A stretch of DNA of 64,000 nucleotides from a virus (IMGVR_UViG_3300046047_000272); one strand, 5' to 3'. Numbered from the stretch's first letter, positions 41,699 through 52,554 are shown. Notes: a model not told the origin generated them from the letters alone. A program made the numbers and translations.

Positions 41699-41967
41699 AA
41701 TTGAACTCCATTCATAATGTGATAAGCATTGATGACTCTATCCTAATGCTACGATGGACTCCTGTCAATCATACTGGCGTGTTGGCGTGTCGTATGGATC
41801 ATACTCAGTGCAAGGATACGTCGTTCAGTGAAGCCCAATCCTGTTACAGGCCGGTAAGAAGCCGTTTACGGGCTCATAGACGGCTTACCGCTAATAGATG
41901 ATGTGATACTGTGGCCAGTATATCCGACAGTCTCGTGACCGTCTAATGGCTATACGCCGCCTTGAGA

Positions 41968-42246
41968 TCAGCTCTGATTTTCTTGACGATGCCTGATGTC
42001 GGTCAGCATGCTCATGGTCGTGTTGACAAGCTCGAGTAGATCCTGTCGATCGGTGTCCTCGTCCGAGAAGAAGTGATGCCTGGACAGGGCGTATCCATCG
42101 TATGATGAGTACACGACGAAGTGGTCATCATGATAGGCGATGACCACGTCGAAGTCAAGGTCGGCCTTCGATGCCTGGATGGTTACTTGGTCACGGTTTT
42201 CAGTGTCTACTGATGGAAGCACAGATACGATGTCGGCCTCCTTCAT
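41968..42246 (-). CDS. hypothetical protein
   Basis: 92-aa ORF; 5' end uncertain. Confidence 0.5.
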   Translation of the reverse strand: MKEADIVSVLPSVDTENRDQVTIQASKADLDFDVVIAYHDDHFVVYSSYDGYALSRHHFFSDEDTDRQDLLELVNTTMSMLTDIRHRQENQS

Positions 42247-42407
42247 CAGGAGGAGCGATAGCGTAGCGTAGCGTTCACCATGATCCTGATGGCTTTGGTT
42301 GTGGTTATTGGCATGATTGGTGTCCTTTCCTATATTGCGGAGAACAATACATCATATAGATGTGGTTGATTGGTTATGGCGTGGCACGAAGCCTGTTGAT
42401 TGTATCC

Positions 42408-42719
42408 TTAATCCTCTGATGCTTCGATATAGAGGATGCCTGCATCATTGTCATGAGCATCATGGTGATCCTCTTGATGCTTTCGCCTTTGAGCGCGCCA
42501 GTACTCTTCTGAGTAGGCGTGGTGTTCAGCATTCGTGGCGATGGCCGCGTAATTGGCTGACACCGGAAGTACTCGAATCTCGTCATGCGTACCCTCAGCG
42601 CCAAAAGGACTTAGATAATGCTCACCAGTGTCATCATCCTGGACAATAGAGGCTAGTCGCAGGTCACCTGATAGCCTCTGAATTTGTTGTAATTTCTTAA
42701 TAAGCTCACTGATCCTCAT
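42408..42719 (-). CDS. hypothetical protein (MRISELIKKLQ-type)
   Basis: AGGAG RBS and promoter repeat. Confidence 0.7.
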   Translation of the reverse strand: MRISELIKKLQQIQRLSGDLRLASIVQDDDTGEHYLSPFGAEGTHDEIRVLPVSANYAAIATNAEHHAYSEEYWRAQRRKHQEDHHDAHDNDAGILYIEASED

Positions 42720-42730
42720 GATGACTCCTA

Positions 42731-42784
42731 CTCGTTGTTTGCTTGATACTCTGATTATACGTGGATGGAGGATTAGACACGCCG
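42731..42784 (-). promoter_or_regulatory. repeated promoter GGCGTGTC-N16-TATAAT
   Basis: Near-identical copy. Confidence 0.75.
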
Positions 42785-42913
42785 GTTGATAGAACTATAC
42801 GAGCAAGTATGATATGGCATCATAGCTCATGGTTATGCCATGAGCTTAACTCGGTATATCAGTCGCAGATGACGCTGGGTGGATAAACGATGGATGACCG
42901 GCGACCAGTTATA

Positions 42914-43208
42914 CTACTCCTCGTCCTCCTCGTCATTCTTAATATCCTCACGGACATAATCACCGTGCTTGGCCGCCGTCACATCGTAGGCCTCAAAGTC
43001 ATCCTTCGAGCCAATCACCGCGTAATCCTTACCATCGTACACATTCCTCAAATAGCGAACGTCACCCGCTTCATCAGTATTCAACTCACCCAAGTCCTTG
43101 ATGAAGCCATCCCCATACTCGTGATCCTCATTGATAGACCCAACGACCACGTTGCCGTATTTTTTCTTCGATGATGCGCAGCTTCTCGATAACGTCGTTG
43201 ATCCTCAT
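42914..43208 (-). pseudogene. hypothetical protein (MRINDVIEKL), frameshift at A6 run ~43160
   Basis: ATG 43208 with RBS and promoter joins ORF 42914-43150 if one A is removed. Confidence 0.6.
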
Positions 43209-43220
43209 GATGACTCCCTC

Positions 43221-43275
43221 ACTCGTTGTTTGCTTGATACTCTGATTATACGTGGATGGAGGATTCGACACGCCG
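43221..43275 (-). promoter_or_regulatory. repeated promoter GGCGTGTC-N16-TATAAT
   Basis: Near-identical copy. Confidence 0.75.
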
Positions 43276-43509
43276 TCTAATCATGGTATATCCGACGCTT
43301 AGTGTCATACCCATGTTCATAATGCTCATCGGCTATTCTATATACGAGCAACGGCTATTCTTCATGAAGGTGTGATCGAGGTCATCACTAATCATTGATT
43401 CGTATATACATTTCACGATCATCAGCGTTCGTATTACGATATGAGTCTAATAAGCGTCGTAGCCGGCATGATGGTTCATGCCGGCTACGACGATGTGATA
43501 TTGACGAGA

Positions 43510-43809
43510 TTACATGGCTCCCCAGAAGAAGAAGAACCAGCCGATGCGTTCAGTGCCATTCTCAGCTTTCAGGGGGATAGCTCCAGCTTCCTCCCACTTC
43601 TCGACGTCATCCATGTGGACATCAGACCAGGCGTCCGCTTCATCGGCGGTCATCAGCTTGTCGGTCATCAGCTTGACGCCATTCGTCGTTGAGATGGATC
43701 CATTGTATGGGTCATCATCTTCAATGAGAGCTTCTTCCACCATTGCTTTGTATGCCCTATCCATGGTATCGGAACCAGTGTACGATATTGCTTGAAATTG
43801 TGCGCTCAT
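43510..43809 (-). CDS. phage-type hypothetical protein
   Basis: PYNGSIST...EKW..A.AI...GWFFF.W. Confidence 0.65.
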   Translation of the reverse strand: MSAQFQAISYTGSDTMDRAYKAMVEEALIEDDDPYNGSISTTNGVKLMTDKLMTADEADAWSDVHMDDVEKWEEAGAIPLKAENGTERIGWFFFFWGAM

Positions 43810-44037
43810 GATGTTCCCCTAAATATTCGTTGATGTGTTGATAGCTCTAATAATACTACGACGCCATCATGCTGTCAAAGCGCTATGCGTTCGGGCGTGT
43901 CGAAAACATGGACGAGAGACTCGTGATGAAGCTGATCAGTACTTATTAGTCATCAAGGCCGTTTATCATGGGTTCTACCTATAATGAAGCCGCGTACGAT
44001 GCACAGGCAAGTCATACGCGGCGGTCATCCTGTAGAT

Positions 44038-44355
44038 TTAATAGAAGGCTTCACTAAGATTCTCAGCGAGCGCGACGAGATGATTAACCTCCGTGTTGGA
44101 CATGTGCTCAATCTCCTCACGAGTAAACGTCTCATGAATAGCGTAATCGGCTGTATACCAGTTCTCATCAGCGCCCATGATGTTCCGAGCGACAATAGGA
44201 TCATTCGCCTTACGATCATACTCGTCGTATGATTTCAGGACGCCATCCTTATAATCGTCTTCGATGGCTATGGTCTTCCCCTCAAGATTCTTCATGATGC
44301 TCCCTTTGATTGCGTATGCTTGCTGTAACGTTGATAGCATTGATAGTATCACCAT
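44038..44355 (-). CDS. hypothetical protein (start probably 44295)
   Basis: AGGGAG RBS before MKNLEG. Confidence 0.6.
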   Translation of the reverse strand: MVILSMLSTLQQAYAIKGSIMKNLEGKTIAIEDDYKDGVLKSYDEYDRKANDPIVARNIMGADENWYTADYAIHETFTREEIEHMSNTEVNHLVALAENLSEAFY

Positions 44356-44412
44356 ATGATCATACCGGCAAATAGGTTATGATGCTGGCGCGCCGTCGAT
44401 AGTATCAGCGTC

Positions 44413-44901
44413 CTAGCGAATAACGAACTCATATCCACTAAGATCAGTCTTCTGCTCAATGCCTTGCTGAATACGGCGTGTCGTGTCCGTAATCCTCGTC
44501 ATGATATTGACAGGCTGATGAGCATAATTAGCCTCAAGTATGCTATTCGCTGTAGTCTTCATGCGGCCAAGTGCCGTTTGCTCATTCTCCATGTCAACTA
44601 TATCCACAGATTGACCATCTATTGCTTGCGCTTGTTCGACTAATTCCTTGAACATCGCTTGCACGAATCGGTAATCGTGCTCGTATGCTGGAGCGAATGC
44701 CCGTATACCTGAGAGGACGCCATAATAGTTAATGCGACCGCCCTTATCACGGATATCTCGTGCAAGTTGCTTGATGACGTCGATGAGCGCATAGGGATCA
44801 TGATATTCTGGTACGCCGACATGCAAGATCTGAGTATAGACGTCAGGGGCGGTTATGGTCAGATCCCGTTGATGATTCATGGTGACGATGATTGGTGTCA
44901 T
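44413..44901 (-). CDS. hypothetical protein
   Basis: AAGGA RBS, 162 aa. Confidence 0.65.
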   Translation of the reverse strand: MTPIIVTMNHQRDLTITAPDVYTQILHVGVPEYHDPYALIDVIKQLARDIRDKGGRINYYGVLSGIRAFAPAYEHDYRFVQAMFKELVEQAQAIDGQSVDIVDMENEQTALGRMKTTANSILEANYAHQPVNIMTRITDTTRRIQQGIEQKTDLSGYEFVIR

Positions 44902-44977
44902 GATGTGTCCTTAGGTCTTCTTGATATATGCGATGGATTACGCGTCCCGTTATCCTGAGCTATCAGGATAACGCTAT

Positions 44978-45352
44978 CTAATAGAGTCCCTGTTCATAGG
45001 CCATCAGTTCATGCTGATCCTGAGCATACATCAGGTCAGCATATGCGGCATCAGCCTCATTGGCCATCTCCTCTTGCGTCACTCGCCCAGCATAATCACC
45101 GATGGAGAAGACGTCCTTCGTGAACGCGCTGAGCGCATGTTCAGCCCGTCCGATGGACGTATGCTGAACACCGAAAACGATATGCGTGGTCGCGTCACCA
45201 AGAACCTCAATGTACGATGCAGAGCATTGACCACGACCGTCATCAGCCTGCTTAATGGATTTGATGAGACCACGTTCGAGCGTCCACTTACTGTCGCCAT
45301 TGTTGTTGTTCATCATCGTCGCTTCCTGTTCATATGAGGGGGGATGCTGCAT
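44978..45352 (-). CDS. hypothetical protein
   Basis: ORF in co-oriented run. Confidence 0.55.
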   Translation of the reverse strand: MQHPPSYEQEATMMNNNNGDSKWTLERGLIKSIKQADDGRGQCSASYIEVLGDATTHIVFGVQHTSIGRAEHALSAFTKDVFSIGDYAGRVTQEEMANEADAAYADLMYAQDQHELMAYEQGLY

Positions 45353-45510
45353 CCCATGTTTTTGCTGATAGTTCTATCATAACAGGATTATGGCCACCGG
45401 CAACGATCATGGTCACTGGCGTGTCGTCAATTCGAGAGCGTTCTGCCGGACGTTAATGGTGGCCATACTGACGTATAGACGCGCTTATCGCATATATCCG
45501 ACATCGTCGG

Positions 45511-45753
45511 TTATCTGCTCGATACCTGCTTCGCGTCCCATACGGCCTGACGATATCCACTCAGATAGGCATCGTCCAATTCCTGTGGTGAATACGCGCT
45601 TTGCGCATCACCGTTCTCATCTCCAACGACCTCATGGTATTGTTCGATGAGACGGGCAAGTCGGGTTGCAGTGGGTTCATCCAGTGTCATACCATATGGA
45701 CTATCCATAGGCAAGTATCGCTCCTCGGGGACTCCTGTGATGATTGTGTTCAT
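45511..45753 (-). CDS. hypothetical protein
   Basis: AAGGAG RBS. Confidence 0.6.
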   Translation of the reverse strand: MNTIITGVPEERYLPMDSPYGMTLDEPTATRLARLIEQYHEVVGDENGDAQSAYSPQELDDAYLSGYRQAVWDAKQVSSR

Positions 45754-45789
45754 GATGTACTCCTTAGATGTCGTGAGCGTTATTGATGG

Positions 45790-46122
45790 TTACTTGGTGG
45801 TAGCCGCCATGTCCTTATCGATGACGTTGAGTATCTTACGGTCGAGGAACACGATGAGTGCGTGCATATCGTTGATACTCTCACCGATGTCGAACAGCCA
45901 TTTCATGGTGACCATCTCGTCATCATCGAAGACACCGGTTCTTTTCAGTATGGATTTGATGTCCGTGGTGTACTCACCCAGGACATCGGCCTTACCGAAG
46001 GACACGTTCAGGTATTCGTTCATGACGCCGCAGTCTTCTCTGGTTATCCATTCAATATGGTTCAGATCGCTAATGACTTGAACCAGCATTTGCAGAATGT
46101 CCTCATTGTCCATAATTTCCAT
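45790..46122 (-). CDS. hypothetical protein
   Basis: GAGG RBS, 110 aa. Confidence 0.6.
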   Translation of the reverse strand: MEIMDNEDILQMLVQVISDLNHIEWITREDCGVMNEYLNVSFGKADVLGEYTTDIKSILKRTGVFDDDEMVTMKWLFDIGESINDMHALIVFLDRKILNVIDKDMAATTK

Positions 46123-46148
46123 GATGATCTTCCTCTAGATTGATGGTC

Positions 46149-46451
46149 TTATTCACTGGCCGCGTTGATATGCACGTACTCGAGGAACTCGCGTTCCCTG
46201 ACGCTATCCAGCTTAGCGTAAGCCACACGAGCGGCGGTGGTGGCTTCGATGTCCTCACCCTCAGCAGTACCATCAATGGCGTGGCATGCATTGATGAATA
46301 GCTCGACCTTACTATTCACATAATCCGTATCGGGATTAGCGTTCGTGTAGGCGACGTCCGCGCCAGCTCTGATGATGATTTCCTTGACCATGATGTATCC
46401 ATTCCCTAGTGAACAACTAGATCTATTATATGTCAGTTGATCATCCAACAC
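46149..46451 (-). CDS. hypothetical protein (start probably ~46391)
   Basis: Promoter GGCGTGTT-N16-TATAAT at 46425-46454. Confidence 0.55.
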   Translation of the reverse strand: MLDDQLTYNRSSCSLGNGYIMVKEIIIRAGADVAYTNANPDTDYVNSKVELFINACHAIDGTAEGEDIEATTAARVAYAKLDSVREREFLEYVHINAASE

Positions 46452-46909
46452 GCCAGCGTTGGTAATTGATTGGCTTACGCGTCCAACTTGCTGAATTTGT
46501 CAAGTCTAAATGCGATGATATTCTCCATCATCGCATCAACTATGAGCGTCACGTCAATGCTCTAGCCGAGCTTTCCAGGATGATTTGGTCGGCTAAGCGC
46601 ATGCCCATCATCACCTCTGAGGGCAATCCAATCCATCAATACGCCATAACCCAGGTCGACGACCTCCATCCGTCTGATATGAGTCTACGTCGATTCGAGA
46701 TGGCCATGGATGATCTACATCCTGGTCAATGGCGTGCCACCGTGAGGAATCAGACTATCGTCGTGTCCTTACAGGGCGACGCTGCTCAATCATGACGCCT
46801 GTGATGGTGAACATACGCTATCCATTGATATGATGCCAGAATTGTCTTCATCAAGACACCATGATATGATCATGACTAGGAATCATAATAAAGGAGCATC
46901 TGAGAAACT

Positions 46910-47329
46910 ATGCGACCATACACCATCGCAGTGGCCAAGAATGATAACGATCCGTCAGCATCACAGTACACGATATCAGATTACGACCAGGAAGATCTTA
47001 TGTCGCACTTAGAGGAGACGTTTGGCTCACAGTCTATACATGATCAGGCCGTACTCCACGATCAGCATCGCTCATATTACGTCATCGCCACGAAGACACC
47101 ACATATGATGTCCTTGAAGATCAATCCTTTCTCCGGCTATAATGGTTGGATCGTTTTTGAGGGATCCGTGCCAGGTGATCCCTTCAACCGTACCGTCGCC
47201 TACGAGGTCTCACCATCAAATCTCCTCGGTATCATTACTGGTGTTGACATGCATCATGGCGTCCTGTCTCCACAGCGATATGTCCTCACCAGCCGAGGCC
47301 GTCACATCAGCCTATCATATCATCATTAA
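46910..47329 (+). CDS. hypothetical protein
   Basis: AAGGAG upstream. Confidence 0.55.
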   Translation: MRPYTIAVAKNDNDPSASQYTISDYDQEDLMSHLEETFGSQSIHDQAVLHDQHRSYYVIATKTPHMMSLKINPFSGYNGWIVFEGSVPGDPFNRTVAYEVSPSNLLGIITGVDMHHGVLSPQRYVLTSRGRHISLSYHH

Positions 47330-47361
47330 GTCATTCCACCATCATCAAGGAGATCAGTATT

Positions 47362-47652
47362 ATGTCACAAGATCGTAGAGATAGCATCGAGGAGATCATC
47401 AGGCAGACAGCCTGTCAACAACTTGGCTATGAGGAGACGTTGACCATTGACGGTGCACAATACGTGATGACCGTCATGACGAATGGTCTCCATGTCAGCT
47501 GTGATCATAGTATTGGTGCAGAATACGACAATGTCGAATGCTATGATTGGGCGTGGATTGACCAAAATCCTCACGCCGTCGCTGATACGATCATAGCTAT
47601 GGCTCATGCCGAGGAGATACCGAGCCTATTCCTTGAGGACATGTCAGCATGA
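47362..47652 (+). CDS. hypothetical protein
   Basis: AAGGAG RBS. Confidence 0.6.
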   Translation: MSQDRRDSIEEIIRQTACQQLGYEETLTIDGAQYVMTVMTNGLHVSCDHSIGAEYDNVECYDWAWIDQNPHAVADTIIAMAHAEEIPSLFLEDMSA

Positions 47653-48019
47653 TCACCAATGTGACGATGAAAAAGGATTTGATATGACATATGAACCAAC
47701 GACTATGCTGAATATGGCCCTACGGGAAGCCATGGATGAGGACGAGAGGCCACATGGCTATCGTCGTATACTATTAACCATATGGTCACCCGAACAACGA
47801 GTCTACGCTGGTCGAGCATCAATGAGAGATATGGATTGGTGTGCTGATCATCATATTCGTGGTGTCCACTGGGCGTCACGTGAAGATATGACAAGGATCA
47901 TCAGGTCTATCCGATTCGGACCTGATGTGATGACGCTACAGCGTGGTCTACCCTATCGTACAGTGGCCGTAGATGATCTGATGATGACGTACGAGAAGGA
48001 TATGATCGTTCTATCATGA
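47606..48019 (+). CDS. hypothetical protein (start probably internal, MTYEP)
   Basis: AAAGGA RBS before MTYEP. Confidence 0.55.
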   Translation: MPRRYRAYSLRTCQHDHQCDDEKGFDMTYEPTTMLNMALREAMDEDERPHGYRRILLTIWSPEQRVYAGRASMRDMDWCADHHIRGVHWASREDMTRIIRSIRFGPDVMTLQRGLPYRTVAVDDLMMTYEKDMIVLS

Positions 48020-48576
48020 TGATCAGTCGTCCAGTGACGATTCATGGTGGTTCTCGGCATCCTATGACCATGATTGCCATGAATCATGCCCAGGTCACAT
48101 GTAATGGTCGGCCAATCGCCATGTATGATGAGCATGGACTCAGATCAGAGGACGCGAATATGGCTCCTGTCATCATTCCCGTGATGGGTGATCAGGACGA
48201 CTTCCTGCACGAGGAATGGAATACCTGGTTGACGAGAGCGAATACGAGTGCACTTGGTGAGAGGAGAGATCAAGCCATTGCTAGAGTGCTGAGCACCGGT
48301 GATCATCACGCCGTTGAAGCTATGATGAACTCCTTGACGGACGATGAGTCCAGACTCGTCGCTGACAGGGTGCAACATGCCCATGGCCACGTCCGTGAGG
48401 AGATGATGCATGGATTGCATCGCCGATGGTTCGCTGATGACGCGCCTTCTGATTTCGACGCTGACATACCATGGCAGTCGACGACATCCTATGATGATCA
48501 GGGTAATGGGTATCAAGTGTCGAGGGATTGGATTGAGAGCATCGCCTACTCAGAGCGAATCGCCGGTACGGTCTGA
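48016..48576 (+). CDS. hypothetical protein
   Basis: Translationally coupled ATGA overlap. Confidence 0.6.
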   Translation: MMISRPVTIHGGSRHPMTMIAMNHAQVTCNGRPIAMYDEHGLRSEDANMAPVIIPVMGDQDDFLHEEWNTWLTRANTSALGERRDQAIARVLSTGDHHAVEAMMNSLTDDESRLVADRVQHAHGHVREEMMHGLHRRWFADDAPSDFDADIPWQSTTSYDDQGNGYQVSRDWIESIAYSERIAGTV

Positions 48577-48837
48577 TGGTGTCTGAGTCATGATGGCTAT
48601 GATGCAGCATATACGGGCGTAGAGGACGCCTTAGACGGATGCTCGTGAATGGCCGCATAATGCTGGCAATGACCAGTCAGCTCATCGTAGAGGCGGCCTA
48701 GATGACTGTTTACCGGCCTCTACTGGTGTATTCGCCCATGATGTGTATAGTAACTCAAAAATGTTATCCTTTGTAACAACAAAACAAAACATAACATTCG
48801 AGGCGCGTGGTAGGATTCCTCCTACCACCGACCGGAC

Positions 48838-50298
48838 CTACAAGCCGGCCGCCGTGTGACGTGCCAGCCATGCACCGCACGAAGCGCGGTGACGGTTCTC
48901 CAGCACGTCATAGAGTGTTTTACGATGGGGCGCGCCCCGGCCCCTGGGTAGAGCATCGGAGGAACGTCCTCCGATGACGCGAGCGGCATTCACATCAGCG
49001 TTAAGCGCGCGTCCGCAACACGAGCACTTGAAGTGCGACTGATCCCTTCGATTCCTCTTATCAACATAACCGCACTTCGAGCACTGCTGGGACGTGTAGG
49101 CCGCATTCACCTTGGTGATGATGATTCCACGCTCCTCGCGCAGCGCCTGAAGCTTCTGGTTCAGGAACCCGCGACCCGACCTTGACAGGATACGGTTCAT
49201 CCTCTTGCTAAGACCGCCACCACGGAAGTCAAGATCCTCAACAATGATCTCCCTCGCGTCGGCTGCCAGAATGTTCAGCATGCGCCCAATCTCGTTCTCC
49301 ATGAGACTACGAGACCGGGACACTAACGAATCATAGCAGGAATCTCCCCTGAGCCTTAAACCCTTACTACTGAGCTCCTTGACACGATTCATGAGCATAG
49401 TGTCTAATCGTTTCAACTCAGCAAGGGCTGGCCTCCCGAGCATCCTCCCGTCAGGGAGCGTGAACAGGCTCACGAGACCCCAGTCGAATGCGATCACGTC
49501 ACCATCCTCGCGGAGCGGAGCGCATGGCTTCTCTATTACGGGTGACACGCTGAGCGTGTCACCCTTTAACGAGAGTTGGATATGATTCAGAAGTCTTCCA
49601 CCCCGTCGTCTCCTAGCGAAGAACCTGTTATCCTTTACTGGTATGAGTACGGGGTGACCCCTGTCAAGCGTGCTCGTCCGAAGCCACCATGAGAAGCCAG
49701 TCCCCCTGGATTCCTCGAGGACAGCGCTCTTCGCGTCTAGTTTCATCGTGATCTCATGCCCGAGGACTGGTCGGTGATTCACTCTGCGAGCGTGCTTCAC
49801 AATGCGACGCATGAGCCAGAGATGCTCACTACTCACGTGGATGAGCGTTGTCCTACCGGCTCTTCGTTCAGCTGTGGTAGGGTGGATAAGCGTGCCGTCA
49901 CTAGTGACCATCCAGTCGAGCTCGTAGGTCTTCGCGTGCCATGCCATATGATAATTCAGCCTGTAGAGGGTGTCCCTCGTGTACGGGTCGAGGGTGCTGA
50001 GCGTAATGATCCGCCGCACGGTACCCTGTAGGGAGCGGAGCCAGGAGGCGTAGGATTCCCTGGCCTGCGCGTAACAGGACTGGGTCTGCCGAGCGGAGAG
50101 GTGGATTATGGCCTTCGAGTTAGTGTACTTGCTGGGTGGCTTGGCGTCCTGGATGAGACGCTGATCCATGCTGGCTACTAGGATGGTGAGGCCGTGCTGG
50201 TACTCGTGGATTAGGTCTCGTATCCTGTTGATCTTACCCGCGTTAGCGGGTGATTTGAGCCTGTAGGAGCGAGTGTAGACTGATGGCTTACTGGTCAT
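48838..50298 (-). CDS. tnpB: TnpB RNA-guided endonuclease (IS200/IS605/IS607 group), no adjacent TnpA
   Basis: RuvC motifs IAFDWG, IVEDL, NADVNAA; Zn finger YTSQQCSKC...CSCC; higher GC than flanks. Confidence 0.9.
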   Translation of the reverse strand: MTSKPSVYTRSYRLKSPANAGKINRIRDLIHEYQHGLTILVASMDQRLIQDAKPPSKYTNSKAIIHLSARQTQSCYAQARESYASWLRSLQGTVRRIITLSTLDPYTRDTLYRLNYHMAWHAKTYELDWMVTSDGTLIHPTTAERRAGRTTLIHVSSEHLWLMRRIVKHARRVNHRPVLGHEITMKLDAKSAVLEESRGTGFSWWLRTSTLDRGHPVLIPVKDNRFFARRRRGGRLLNHIQLSLKGDTLSVSPVIEKPCAPLREDGDVIAFDWGLVSLFTLPDGRMLGRPALAELKRLDTMLMNRVKELSSKGLRLRGDSCYDSLVSRSRSLMENEIGRMLNILAADAREIIVEDLDFRGGGLSKRMNRILSRSGRGFLNQKLQALREERGIIITKVNAAYTSQQCSKCGYVDKRNRRDQSHFKCSCCGRALNADVNAARVIGGRSSDALPRGRGAPHRKTLYDVLENRHRASCGAWLARHTAAGL

Positions 50299-50633
50299 CT
50301 ACTCCTCCTTCTCATCTTAGCGTATGATAATCACATTATACCATGGTCGTATTATTATTCATGGTATGTTTTACTTATTATAAGGAATACATGATACTGC
50401 AGATGATACTTCAATATATCAGGCGTCCGGTCGAATGGTTGGCCTCGATGATCTTCTTCTTGTGCTCAGCACGACGACGAGGGTACAATCTCGCGCATTC
50501 ACTGAGTTTCATGATATATACATACGATTACATATTCAATCACTGGTATGTATACATATGTACACATCTCAATAGGAATAATGCCGGTATAACCATACCA
50601 TCATACAAAAAAATAGCTGTCGCCAGATCGTTA

Positions 50634-51134
50634 TCAATGTGACATTGACGCTTCAACAGGGGCTGGACGCCTATCCTGATTCCTATTCTCTCCGATGAAT
50701 GAGATGAGTTCATTTGGTGTTGGCGTCATGAGCTTGATCATGGTGTTAATATCGTCATTGTCCATAGCCATAATTGACGATACTGGCACACGATACGTGC
50801 GTCGATGGTCGTTGATCATCCAGAAATAAGGTGTCTCGTCAATGGTCGTCCGGTCAGCGTACTCCTCCATGATCTTCCGTACCGTTGATCGAGGATAGTT
50901 GGCTAGCTCAGTGGGCTCAACCTCTTCATGGAGAACGATCTTGTATGGCTTCTTCTCGAAGACGATGCCACCGTACTTCTGCTTCACTCTAGCATTGAAG
51001 CAGAATGTTACCCAGAGGGATGCAATCGTATCAGTCATGCTGAGTCTGATCATGTCGTATCCAATGAGGTCCTTGACCTTCGCGTCCCTGGTCACTCTGA
51101 GTTGCATGATCCCATTCGTCGTTATACCTGACAT
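50634..51134 (-). CDS. hypothetical protein
   Basis: AGGAGG RBS. Confidence 0.65.
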   Translation of the reverse strand: MSGITTNGIMQLRVTRDAKVKDLIGYDMIRLSMTDTIASLWVTFCFNARVKQKYGGIVFEKKPYKIVLHEEVEPTELANYPRSTVRKIMEEYADRTTIDETPYFWMINDHRRTYRVPVSSIMAMDNDDINTMIKLMTPTPNELISFIGENRNQDRRPAPVEASMSH

Positions 51135-51491
51135 TTGAACCTCCTATGATCAGTTAATGTTGCTATAGACGATGAATCGTATCCACTACCTGTGATAGTA
51201 TGATGATACTATCATAATACGATGTTCCACACAATTGTCTACATGGTCATCGTGAGCTATTCTAGATACGATCATAGGCACTGTCATTGCGGTGCCTATG
51301 ATCGTAGAAGGAGCATCGAATCATTAGTTCATGGTTCCAGATAGATAATCCTCGACTGGGTCTAATACCTCCTCATGATACTTTTGGTAATCATTAAATC
51401 CAAGATAGATGGTCAATCGTTCAGGAGTAGTTCCAACATTGACAACCTATCATATGAAACGCACGTTCTAGTCTGCTCTTAGAAGGACGAA

Positions 51492-51622
51492 ATCTAGTTA
51501 GGCTCAGAACATGAGTAAAGATTCATGTTCTGAGCCTATTCTGACTGGTACTGGGTATAAAAGCTCTCAGATGATACGTTATACTAGACGAGCTTAGAAT
51601 CGGGATTAGATGCGAGATCTAG
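51492..51622 (-). ncRNA. promoter + short transcript + hairpin element, copy 2
   Basis: Inverted homolog of 16404-16537; hairpin 51499-51538. Confidence 0.5.
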
Positions 51623-51656
51623 TGTCCTCATGAGCGCCCCTCTGTACGCATAAGAT

Positions 51657-51914
51657 TCACTGCTTGTGTCTGATCGTATAACAGGATCGACCACACGATA
51701 GGCATCTCCAGATGGTGAGTTCAGGATTCACGCAGTTCATGGCGCCATGGCGTACGCACAGTGGCTTACCAGTGGCTTCATCAAGCATGACGAAGCCCTC
51801 AGAGACGTCGTGAAGAGCATAATCTCCTCGTTCATTATTGGATACAGGATTGAAGGAGGGATCGTCAATCATGTCCTTGAGGTCGTCGCTGGTCAATGGC
51901 TGATATGAACTCAT
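51657..51914 (-). CDS. small Cys-rich protein
   Basis: CVRHGAMNCV...WRCLSCGRSC. Confidence 0.6.
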   Translation of the reverse strand: MSSYQPLTSDDLKDMIDDPSFNPVSNNERGDYALHDVSEGFVMLDEATGKPLCVRHGAMNCVNPELTIWRCLSCGRSCYTIRHKQ

Positions 51915-52089
51915 GATGTTTGATCCGTTCTACTCGATACGTCGTCCTGTTCTCGTGCTGGTGGGCACGGAGGTATCATGTGATGATTAGATGACGCTGG
52001 TGTTGCTACTGAATTAGACATAAGTGAATGACCATCTTCCTGATATTGGTGGTAGGTGACCGGATGAATGATTGGCACGAACATCGTGA

Positions 52090-52554
52090 TTACTGATTCC
52101 TACGTAACCCATAATCACCGAAACAATACTCTTCACGATAATTCTCTGGGTCTGAGATCGTCATAGCGAACGGTACGATGGCTTCATCGTCATCATGATT
52201 CTGTAATGTGATCGCATACTTACCCTTAGCTTTCGGCTTAATGACGATATCCTGAGACCGCTTCTTCTCGTCAATACGGCCAATGCAGATATTCTGTCCA
52301 TTGGCTGCACCAGGATTAGCCAGATCGAAGATAGCCTCGTAGTTCAGAAGAATTTTCAAACTCTTGAGCACATCACTGATAGCATCATGATGCTTCGATG
52401 TGTAATCAACTGATAATACAAAAGAACCAGTCGTATTCTTAACAAGCTGATAGCGTTTGATGAGATCATCTATTCTAGGCAACGCGTATTGGGCTTCTGT
52501 AGGATCAATGAAATGAATAGGAGCGGTGACTGTGATATGAGTATATGACACCAT
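52090..52554 (-). CDS. hypothetical protein
   Basis: GAAAGG RBS. Confidence 0.6.
   Translation of the reverse strand: MVSYTHITVTAPIHFIDPTEAQYALPRIDDLIKRYQLVKNTTGSFVLSVDYTSKHHDAISDVLKSLKILLNYEAIFDLANPGAANGQNICIGRIDEKKRSQDIVIKPKAKGKYAITLQNHDDDEAIVPFAMTISDPENYREEYCFGDYGLRRNQ

Noticed and set aside
41845-41962. Loose imperfect palindromes (also ~48610-48730, ~60920-60980) as a further repeat family
   Set aside because: Similar in style but not alignable by eye; insufficient support
48780-48960. 300-bp repeats as copies of the TnpB omegaRNA
   Set aside because: No visible sequence similarity between the tnpB 3' end and the repeat
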